Source: Eledone cirrhosa (taxonomy: Eukaryota). From it: DNA of 64,000 bases. The stretch is from positions 363,816,001 to 363,880,000 of the forward strand of contig OZ024740.1 of the NCBI GenBank assembly GCA_964016885.1, given 5' to 3'. The stretch's first letter is position 1. Every line of letters starts with the position of its first letter. Shown here piece by piece: positions 14,134 to 24,790 of the stretch. The translations under genes and the position numbers were made by a program. The notes below the pieces were generated by a model, which had not been told where the DNA came from, searched no databases, and saw nothing but the letters and a program-made list of their open reading frames with translations.

Positions 14134-16123
14134 GAGTATTAAATAGATCAAAGGCCATATGCAGTTGAACTTAGGTTTATTTTTAACTCCATGATACATA
14201 TTTTACTGAGGTCTATGGCTAGATAGTTTTCACCCTACCAATTCCAATAGTCTGAGCTCATCTGATCGTATAAAAAACCTTTAAAACAATTTTGCACAAC
14301 TTGATAAACTTAAACACAACTTGTTAAAATTAAAAACTTGCTAATCGGTAAGAAGCTCTTAGGCAGTTCTGCAAACAATTAAAAATAAATAGTGTCGGCT
14401 GACCCAAGGTAACTATATTAAATATAAGGATGAGGCACAGGAAGATATATTAGAGATAAATTAAATCAAAGTATCGTCATAAACATACAGTATAAGAGAA
14501 ACAGCATGCTATATGAGGTAAAAAAAATCTAGAGGGACAAAAAGTGGATAATGTGATCTTACAAGAAGAAAATGAAAATGTACATATAATAAATGCAATA
14601 AGATAGTTACAAGAAAATACCATAACATAGTCTGAGATCCACCCAGGGTTAACTAAACATATATACAAATGTGCCTAAATATATATAGAAGATTGATTTA
14701 TTCACTTTAACCCTTTAACATTTACAATACTCTATATTTACTATTGTATTTTCGTGGAAAAAGCTTTATCTTACATAATATCGAATTTATGAGATTTTGA
14801 TGTTATTTATTTTGAGAACAATACATTTATGTCAGTATGAGTAGCTAGTTACAAGTAAGTTTGAACAGAAAGAAGTGAGAGAATTCGGGCCAGATATGGC
14901 TGGTTTAAATGCTAAAGGGTTAAGTTACCTGGGTCAGACTACACTATTTAAATAGTAAATAACTACCTATCAGATAATAATAAATAAATAACATTGATTT
15001 GGATACCAGGCCATAAAGATATTAGAGGATACCCCTCAACACCTCAAATTTCTTTTGAGGGTAAAGACAGGGTTTTTTTTTCTTTTTTTCTTTTTTTTTT
15101 GTGACTAACGGCTTATCACTGTTTACCCTCATCAGAATCTATGTTGGGGAGCGGCATGTCTTCCATGGGTGTTGGTTGTGTTGTTGATGGTGGTGCTGGT
15201 AATGATTCTGTTCCTGCTGTTATTGCTGTTGTTGTTTCAGCTGTTTTGTTGTTGCAGCTCCCAGGTTTTTGGGCTTTATAACTGCTGGTGTAATAGGAAC
15301 ATTCCTATTGTCCAACCCCCAGCCCCCAGACATTCCCTATATATCAAAAGACTTCACTCTCACATTCTGCTCACTGAGTGCCTGAATCTGGCTGGATGGG
15401 GCTTGGACATCTGGATATAATCCGTTGAGCTAGAGTTAAACATGGAACTAGAACATGGAGATGGGCTCTCACATATTCAGCACTTTTAGCCCAATTAAAT
15501 CTTAACTGTATAACAACTACATTATATACTTTGGTTTATTGTTAAGATATAGCATTATCTATTTTAAATATATCTATTTCATTTTGATTTATTTTCTTCT
15601 GTTTTCTTCTTGTTTTTGGTTATAATATTCCAACCCCTCATTCACAGTTATCCCCTCCTCCCTCACATAACCTTAATGGTGGTATGGTGTTGCAGACGAA
15701 ATTGACCACTGGGTTGGGAGGAGATGGCTGTGACTACTACTATAACAACCACTGCATGGCAGAGAGGAGGGTGATTGGTCAATTTGCAATGATGACTTTA
15801 TATTTTTGACATTCAGCATTAGTGATGTGGGACAGGGGACAGGCACACATTTCTGCTCAAGAGCTAGGGGTCATACGAGGGCTGGTTGGCATAGAAACAA
15901 CATCAACACATTCTGCTATCCCCTGTATCATGAAAGAGGAAAACAGGAAAAGTTTTTCAAGTTGTTCAAAATTATTTTGAAGGTTTTTTATAACATCGAC
16001 AAGAGGCTATCGGAATTAGTAAGATGAAAACTTTCTAGCTGTAGTCCACAGTGAAATATGCATCATGGCGATAAAAATAAACCTAAATACAACTGCATAT
16101 GGCCATTGCTCTATTTAATACTC
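14134..16123. mobile_element. Putative non-autonomous DNA transposon with about 180-bp diverged terminal inverted repeats
   Basis: 14134-14311 is the reverse complement of about 15951-16123. Termini GAGTATTAAATAGA...TCTATTTAATACTC. Confidence 0.55.
14711..14919. mobile_element. piggyBac-like MITE
   Basis: TTAA|CCCTTTAACATTTA...TAAATGCTAAAGGG|TTAA. Confidence 0.75.
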
Positions 16124-16250
16124 TCTCTATATATAAACTATTGTATTTTATTCTTTTTTTTTTGTTATTTTGACTTATTTATATTTTCTTAAACAAAAAT
16201 CCGATTCCTGAATTCTACCACGCAGTGAATAGTCACTTCCACAATTATAG

Positions 16251-16361
16251 GCTTTCTGATGAAGTGTGATAAATAATTAAGTATTGCATATGATTAAACA
16301 ATATACATTGTAGTCAGCATATGTAGACAATTATAATAGGCACAGAAACATATGTTAAAGC
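16251..16361 (+). ncRNA. Putative degenerate type I hammerhead ribozyme (Penelope-like terminal repeat)
   Basis: GCTTT-CTGATGA-aGTG...CACa-GAAA-CATATG-TT-AAAGC: stem I, core and palindromic stem III are present. Confidence 0.45.
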
Positions 16362-16446
16362 AATTAAATTTCCAATCTCTTTTCTCGCCAATGTTTATAT
16401 TTTTCTTTGTGCAATACTTGCTTATATTAATATATATATATATATC

Positions 16447-18014
16447 AATCTTCGAGATCTCCGACGTCGCACATCTCGGGCTATTCGGGCCGATCGGAAT
16501 GCACACTGGCGCGAATTTGCGGAGCAGACGGAGAGGGCAGCAGCCTGTGGTGACTCGCGCAAGCTCTACCAACTGGTGAAGTGGGCCAGCCGAAGCAGTA
16601 CGGGTATCAGCGAGACAATCCGTGATTGGAACAGGGTGGTCATTACCAATCTTAATGACCGGTTAGTACGATGGCGGGACCATTTCTCCGAGCTGCTCAA
16701 CCACCCGCCACCACCACCCACGCCAACCTACGTGCAGCCTTCTTGAGAAGAATATGGGTGCAGCACTGCGCCTCCAACAGTCGAGGAGGTACATAGTGTC
16801 CTGACACATCTCTGGAACAACAAGGCGCCGGGCGAAGATGGCGTTCTAGCTGAGGTCTACAAGGCCGAGCCTGATGTCTTTGCAGCTTGGCTCCATTGAG
16901 TCTTCTCCTCAGGGTGGGCGGCGGAGCGGTTCCCTGGTGACTGGAACGAGGCCAGTCTCTTACCCTTCTTCAAAAAGGGTAACAGGAAACTGTGTTCCAA
17001 CTACAGGGGTATCAGTTTAATTGACGTTGCTGCCAAGACCTTCACAATTCTTCTGCTGAAGAGGTTCAAGGCCATCCGTGATGTCCGTACCCGTCCTTCT
17101 CAGGGCGGCTTCCGTCCGGGGAGGGGGTGCGTTGATCAAATCTTTATTCTCCGGCATGTCCTGGAACAACAGTGAGCACATCAACAGCCTACCATCCTCT
17201 GCTTCATCGGCTTTGCAGCTGCCTTCGACTTGGTAGATCGGGAAGCCCTATGGCATATAATGCAGGCGGACGGCATCCCAGTGAAGCTGCTTCATCTCAT
17301 ACAAGGCTGCTACCGGTCGACTCGGGCTCGAGTGAGGGTCTATGGTGGGGAGACGGAGTCGTTCGATGTTGGGACCGGTGTTTGGCAGGGGTGTGCGCTA
17401 TTGCCAACTCTCTTTAACTACGCCATTGATTACACTCTCAACACAGCGCTCCGGGATTACCCGGGCGTAAAGGTCGGGAGAGGAGTTGTGGTGACAGACC
17501 TGGCCTACGCGGATGACATCATGCTGATGGGCGCTAACGGGACAGATGTACAAGGTGCTCTCGAAAGGGTGCACACTGCAGCTGCCGCTGTTGGTCTACG
17601 AATCAATGTCACCAAGTCGAAAGTCATGACGTCACTGGTCTCGCCTGATGCCTGGCAGCCAATATCTCTCGAGGGCGTGGACCTGGAGGATGTGGAGTCC
17701 TTCAACAATAACTGTCTCTGCTGCATTCTTTGCTGCCGACGCATTGATCGGGTACCTACTGCCAGTCTTCGTCTTCGCCTGAATCTTCGACCACTTCCTT
17801 CAGTGCTTCTGCAACGGCGCTTGAGATGGTTTGGTCATGCAGCCCGGCGCCCTGAGGGTGAGCTGATCCGCAATGTTCTCCTCCAACCTCCACTTCCTAG
17901 CCCAGTACCATCATGCGTGGGCTGCCATGGTTCGGGATGCCATCAGGACAAGGGAAGAAATCGGCTCAACCTGTTCAGGGTGAATGTCAACACAAGTACA
18001 AGTACAAGTAAGTA
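16447..18014 (+). mobile_element. GC-rich RTE-clade LINE, 5'-truncated and internally deleted
   Basis: NKAPGEDG, FKKG...CSNYRGISL, GVWQGCAL, DLAYADD and RRLRWFGH motifs. (CAAGTA)n tail. Confidence 0.85.
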
Positions 18015-18069
18015 TACATACATACATGGTAGCTGCCAACTCATTTTTGAGTACGGCCACTACTTTATA

Positions 18070-18455
18070 TCCATGTAGGAGAACCCCTACCGATGCGCTG
18101 AACGAGTGTGACTTTTTAGTCCAGCCAGCGACTTGAAAACTCTGGTACAAACACTACACTTGTGACAATTATTGACACATAGTGCTGGGCCCATGGTACC
18201 ATGTGACGGCAAGTGCAAAGAGATCTCCAGATATAAAGCAATGCCTGTGCCATGAAGCTTTTATAGTGAGCAAAGGCAGTGCACAAAGCCAGTCCCACTC
18301 TTTTAACCAAGATGATATTTACCAAAAAGAAGAACAAGTCAACATCATTGGATACCATCAGGGTTGCAGGTGTTATATCAGAGTTTTCCTTCTAGAATTC
18401 TGCCTTGACAAAGGCTAAGGGGTCATCCCTCCCGGTGATTTTGGATGGCCATTGA
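18070..18455 (-). mobile_element. Probable RTE LINE 3' remnant with a C2H2-like finger
   Basis: Minus-strand translation CSVCTRVFKSLAGLKSHTR. Confidence 0.45.
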
Positions 18456-18755
18456 CTCTTAATACATACATACATACATACATCATTATTAGAGCTATGG
18501 GTTATATACCAACCCGCTTCTGACCAAAGTATGACTGAACTTGGATTTGCGGACAAAAAGCGCAGCTCCCTAATTCATAGTCTACAAATGGCTGCGACAG
18601 CTGGATTCTTCAAAATTTGCAAAACATTCTTGCGATTCAAGGGATGACAATTTCTTTTCTTTTACAACCTTGCCACCAGGAAGGTGGCCGGTCAAAAAAA
18701 TATACTTGAAATTAAAGAAAGAGACATACATACATACATACATACATACATACAT

Positions 18756-18811
<56 letters not shown>

Positions 18812-19645
18812 CGAAGGCGTGTGGCTGAGTGGTGGTTAGAGAATTGTATTCGCAATCGTGAGGTTGATTCTCGGACCGGGCGATGCGTTATGTCCTTGAG
18901 CAAGACACTTTATTTCACATTGCTCCTTCTACCTGAAGTTGCGACCAATATATAGTACTAGCAACTGGAAAGGCCGAAGGAAACATTGTTTCCTCGGTTC
19001 GATTTGACGAAAGTCGATCATTAAAAAAAAATATATATATATATATATATGTATATAAATGTATGTATAGTATATTTGGCAATATACTGTATGTTTAATT
19101 AAAAACATTTATAGAATTAGAAAAAGCTGGATTCTTATAAAATTCCAGTAATAATCAGGAGCTGATTATACAGAGCAATTGCCGGTCCAGCAAAAATTAG
19201 GTATTGGTGCTCTGAAATAGCGATGTATACATGAATGTATACATAGTATATTTGGCAATATACTGCATGTTTAATTAAAAACATTTAGAAGACCATACAC
19301 TATCATTTTTAAAGTAGTGACTATGTCACTTACTTCTTTTTTGTGAAAAAGGGAGAGAAGCTGACAGTCTGTTTCACGCTGGTTGGCATTCATCAGAGCC
19401 ACGTATTCCTCTGCTTTCGCTGAAAATTATAGAAGCTGGATTCGTATAGAATTCCAGTAATAATCAGGAGCTAATTATACAGAGAGATTGCCGATCCAGC
19501 AAAAATTAGGTATTAGGATTGGTGCTCTGAAATAGCGATGACCTCTTGATGAACCTCCTATTACCCACTCTACTACCCTAAGTATTGAGTACTCTGGTGC
19601 GTTACTGTCCACCTGGTATCTTACCACACCCTCTTGTCTTATATA

Positions 19646-19687
<42 letters not shown>

Positions 19688-20214
19688 TATATAATTATAT
19701 ATATATATATATATATATCATCATCATCATTTTATGTCCGCTTTTCCCTGCTTGCAAGGGTGGGACGGGAACTGATTCTGGCTTGATTTCTACAGCTGGA
19801 TGCCCTTCCTAACACCAACCTCATTTACAGTGAGTGCTAGGTGCTTTTTTGCCGTGGCACCTCCACGACCACTTTGCAGTGGAATGATATGGACCCCTGT
19901 CCCTATAATCTCATTTCTACAGCTGAGTAAACTGGAGCAATGTGAAATAAAGTGTCTTGCTCAAGGAAACAACACATCACCCGGTCTGAGGAGAATTAAA
20001 CTCACAACCTTTCGATTACAAGGCCAATGCTCTAACCACTAAGCCATGTGCCTCCACATGTATGTGTATACATATATATATACACACACACACACACACA
20101 TATATGGAAAATAATCTATTGGATTGGAGCATTGTGTAGATTGAAGTTCTTAGAAAATGTAGAAGTCTCAATGTAGTTAGCACAGAACATAAATGTAAAC
20201 ACACACACACATCC

Positions 20215-20760
20215 TCATCATCACTGTTTAACGTCCATTTTTCCACACTGGCATAGGTTCGACAAGTTATCCTTTTGTGAGCAATGCCAGATCAGGTGAC
20301 TTTGTCTTGCTCTTACAGAACAGATTTTAACTTAGTTTCTACAGCTGGATGCACTTCCTAGCACCAACTTCATTTACAGTGAGTACTGGGTGTTTTCTGT
20401 TGGATGCCTACATGATCACTTTACAGTGTGGGATGGGTCCTTTTTGCTGTGACACCTACATAATCACTTTACAGCGTGGGTTGGGTGCTTTTTGCCATGA
20501 CACCAACATAACGACTTTACAGTGTGGGTTGGGTGCTTTTTGCCGTGACACCTACATGACCACTTTACAATGTGGGTTGGGTGCTTTTTGTCATGACACC
20601 GACATGACCACTTTACAGTGTGTGTTGGGTGCTTTTTGACATGACACCTACATAACGACTTTACAGTGTGGGTTGGGTGCTTTTTTGCTGTGTCACCACC
20701 ACGAACACTTTACAGCATGGGCTGGGCACTTTTTGTTGTGTTCCCATCCCGACCACTTCA
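20215..20760 (-). repeat. RTE-tail element with 8 units of the 48-bp minisatellite
   Basis: tttaca anchors at 20373, 20420, 20468, 20516, 20564, 20612, 20660 and 20709. Confidence 0.85.
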
Positions 20761-20978
20761 CTGTTTGAGCTAGAGGCTTCATTGATTGTATACTTCAGCT
20801 TGTCCTCATGGGAGGTGTATGGGCGATATATATATATATATTTTTTGAGTATATTTTGGTTGTTTACCGACACCTCAGTATGCAGATTGGAGCACTCGAT
20901 GCAGTACGCAGGTTGGTTTGTTTACTCCGGAGTAATGTAAAATAATAAGGTCAAATATAATAATAAGGTCATATATAA

Positions 20979-21042
<64 letters not shown>

Positions 21043-21046
<4 letters not shown>

Positions 21047-21544
21047 ATACTTGGGGAGGGTCATATTTGTGTAATATTGCCAGAATTAATAACAGAACAC
21101 ACTCAGTTTGGTTGGTTTTCGCTTTTCGCTTCTGTGTCTTTTATATCGGTAATCTAATTTATTCGGTCCTCAATGTTGCCATTGACTGACCGGTGGTCAA
21201 AAATAATACAGATGAACAAACAAATAAATAAATAAATATATAGACAGACTAAATAAAAATGGCGTAGACATACAATGCAACGGGAGGAAACAATAGCACC
21301 ACTGACGATGTTGCAGATGTGCAACGAAAGATTTATGATAAACTATATATATGTGTTTGTGTCTATATTGTATCTGTATTATTTTTGACCGCCGGTCAGT
21401 CAATAGCAACATTGAGAACCGAATAAATTAGATTACCGATATAAAAGACACAGAAGCGAAAAACGAAAACCAACCAAACAGTGAGTGTGTTCTGTTATTA
21501 ATTCTGGCAATATTACACAAATATCACCCTCCCCAAGTATAACA
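21043..21544. mobile_element. Foldback MITE, Ginger-like (TGT...ACA ends, about 170-bp TIRs, ATAT flanks)
   Basis: Arms 21043-21213 and 21372-21544 are near-perfect reverse complements. A related left end is at 6168. Confidence 0.8.
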
Positions 21545-22993
21545 ATATTTGTTTCGACACACGATTTCATATAAAAAACCTCGCAAAACTATATATATAT
21601 ATATATATTTGAGACTTGAAACCGTAAGGTAAGGGTAATTACAGCAGGTACAGTGAACTTTTTAAAATTTATTTTAAAACTTTTTCTTATTTGCTAAACC
21701 ATGATTATATATATATATATTTATATATATTTATAGAAAACCTGCCAGAAACAGTTCTATACGAGCGAGACACGGTCACCCGACCAATCTTGCTTCAAGT
21801 GGGACATTCCTGTCTAACCCATGCTAGCATGGAAGATGGACGTTAATCGATGATGATAGTGATGATATTTTGGCTAAGAGATGACTCTTATTACTCTAGA
21901 GTTTCCATCAAATAAGATGTATTAAGTACTCATTCTCATGTCTGTCAATATCACATGATATGTATATGTAAAAAGGAAGTGAAAATAACAAAGCAAACAA
22001 TACAGTACAATGAAGAGACATATTAGGTTAACGCTTGATATAGTAGAAAAAGTGTTGTTAAGTTTCAAACACTAGTCCTTCGTTAGAAGATAGAATGAGA
22101 AATAAAAGATGAAATAGGAAGATAGAAAGTGAAAAGAGGAAGGAATGGAAAAAATATATTTGAGAAAAAGCATGTATTTAGTCAGCTATTTTGGGGACCC
22201 TTTCAAATAGAGAGAAAATATCTTCGTTGTTAACAGAAGTAGTAGCTCCCTGACATTTTCATCCTGTTCTTATTCTAGCTATTATACTCTCAGAGCAACT
22301 ACTTCCACTGCTAATTAGGTCACTTTTGTAACAGAAACTATCAACTACTTCTATAGTGACTTCCTGGGATTGGAAAAATTATATTTCTCTGGGTCTCTTA
22401 CTATTAACTACCCTTGTACATTTGCAGCATAGCAAGTCTACATTTCCTCTTAGCTTGCCTACTACTCCACTAGATCTCTTGTGTAAACATATTTTTAACT
22501 ATATAGAGTCCCTAACCATTCCTTTTCTACTTATTGGACACAATCATTTCCCTGGTTTGGATCAAAATCGTAACTTCTTGCCTACTTACTAAAACTTCGT
22601 TAAGTTTACTCAGAACGCTTTTGATTCTAATTTCTGTTTCCACACCAAAAACAAACCTTAATTATGTAAAGATTGAGAAAATAAGATTTAGCTGTGAAGT
22701 ATGTGAAGATGATCACCAGATGTGGTCACCAGCCTGTCTGAGAGGTCAATAGCTCCAATTAAGTATCGACTTGGTTTGTAATGACCTATCCAACACTTCC
22801 TAGCAGTGAAAACAGACATTAAATGAACATGTGCTTATGTTATCAGTTATGTATATAATTTAAACTGTATTTATATCTATATCAAATTTATCTCAAATAT
22901 TCTGATTAAAATGAAATGCCCTAACTTATTCTATTTCATTTAAATCTTTTCCTTTAAACATTAAAATTATATCTTCACTATTTTTTTCTCTAG

Positions 22994-23277
22994 GAAAATA
23001 TTTATATCTGGAACCAACTCAGCTTAACAAGTATGACAGTTCTGTTTCTCAAACAAATGAAGAAGCCATTTTAGAGAGTCAACCATTTCCACCACCTACA
23101 AAACAAAAATGTTTTGAGTTTTATTATTACATTAACAAAGCAGAAAATTCCAGCTTGCAAATATTTTCTAATGAAAATGAAGGAGACAAAAAATTGCTTT
23201 GGCAGTTATCAAGTAATCAAGGAAATAATTGGATGAAAGGTCAAACAAACCTTGAAAATATTGCCAATAGTTTTAGA
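22994..23277 (+). CDS. Multi-MAM protein exon 4 (middle of MAM-B)
   Basis: ctctag|GA acceptor, AGA|gtaagt donor. GKYLYLE...AILES...CFEFYYY...LWQLSSNQGNNW. Phase 1/0. Not in the ORF track. Confidence 0.92.
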
Positions 23278-23946
23278 GTAAGTGTGGAGATTTTATTTTC
23301 ATCTTTGTTTTTTTTTTTTTACTGATTGTTCTGTGTGTGACATCATCATTGTCATTTTACATCTGTTGTCCATGCTGACATGGGAGATGAGGTTGTCACG
23401 GTCTGAGACTAAACTAGTCAGGGAATCATGTCTTGCCCATATGTTCCATATTTTGGCTGATTTCTATGACTGAATACTCTTCCTAACGCCAACCAATTTA
23501 TAAATTCTACCAGGTGATTTTATTATGGCACCAACACTACTACTTTACAGAGTATACTAGGTGCATTTTTGTGTCACTAACATTACTACTTTACAGAGTA
23601 TACTAGGTGCATTTTATCACTGCTTCAGTTCTAGGGTGGTGCCATATTTTTGTGATTCTTGTTTAGAATAAGTACACCTTACCACGTGTTGTAAGACCAT
23701 CTGGCTGTAAAATATTACTTCCAAAAGGACTCCATTATGTGTATGAGGCCTATCATATTACCTGCAAATCTAATTCTTGCTTTAGCAGGGAAATCCAGCC
23801 ATATAACACTTGTTAGTTTTTTTCTTGTTTTCGTTTTTTATTGATTATTTTTTAATTGGTTTGAAATTTTTGAAAGAACTATTGTGTCATTTCCAACAAA
23901 TTTCATAAAATATATAACTTTATGATTACAGAAACTGGGAAATTAA

Positions 23947-24171
23947 CCCTTTCATTACGCTATATCTAATAAAATACACTGAATTTGAGTAGATTAATGA
24001 AGAGGGATTTGCTAAATTTATCAATTATTCCATTATTAAGATGTTATTTGTAATATAGCTTAACAAAATAAATTTTTGATGGAATATTTTAATTTTAATT
24101 GTAGCCCTTTAAAAGGATTGGTTTTGTTTCATAGATCCAGGGGTGGTTTGGGTGAATTGATATCGAAAGGG
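23947..24171. mobile_element. piggyBac-like MITE
   Basis: TTAA|CCCTTTC...GAAAGGG|TTAA. A related copy lies at 48348-48596. Confidence 0.65.
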
Positions 24172-24327
24172 TTAAATCAGAAGAATTTTGTTATGATAAC
24201 TAAGATCTCAGTTGCAAGATTAAATTTGTAACCAAATTCTGGAATGTCACATCATAAAAATAAAACTACTTTATTAATGCATTATGGATTTTGTCATTTA
24301 AAATAAAAATGTTTGATTTTGTTTCAG

Positions 24328-24478
24328 TTGATGGTGAAAGGTATACGAGGGCCAAGATATGCAGGTGATATTGCATTAGATGATATGAAGCTTACAAGCA
24401 CTACACCATGTAAAATAATGCCAGCACAAGCTTCACCAACTGTTACACCAAAGACAACAGAGAGTCCAGTATTAAATA
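24328..24478 (+). CDS. Multi-MAM protein exon 5 (end of MAM-B plus Pro/Thr-rich linker)
   Basis: tttcag|TTG acceptor, A|gtaaat donor. LMVKGIRGPRYAGDIALDD...CKIMPAQASPTVTPKTT. Phase 0/1. Confidence 0.88.
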
Positions 24479-24502
24479 GTAAATATTTAAAACTTTAAAT
24501 AT

Positions 24503-24559
24503 TATTTCAATGAATCTATTTCAATGAATCTATTTCAATGAATCTATTTCAATGAATCT
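24503..24559. repeat. 14-bp tandem repeat x4
   Basis: (TATTTCAATGAATC)4 just downstream of exon 5. Confidence 0.9.
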
Positions 24560-24790
24560 CTCTCTCTCACACACACACATATTCTCCCTCACCCTCTGTA
24601 ACTCTTCTGCTCTTTTAGTCTCTGTCTGCTTCTTGTACTCTCTCCCTTTCTAACTCACACACTCAATTAAATACTCTTTCCTGTATATGCATAAACATAA
24701 GCAAACATGTATATGCATATACATGTTTATATATGTATATAAACAAACTCTTTGCTGGGAGAATGAGTATATATATATATATATATATAT

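Noticed and set aside
18485-18700. Possible tail of another restriction-like-endonuclease retroelement (IIIRAMGYIP...KICKTFL)
   Set aside because: Too short and degenerate to list as a supported feature.
20373-20760. CRISPR-like regular array, and an ORF with 16-aa repeats (TTLQCGLGAF...)
   Set aside because: The units are contiguous 48-bp tandem copies with no unique spacers and no cas genes, in a eukaryotic intron. The ORF arises only because 48 is a multiple of 3.
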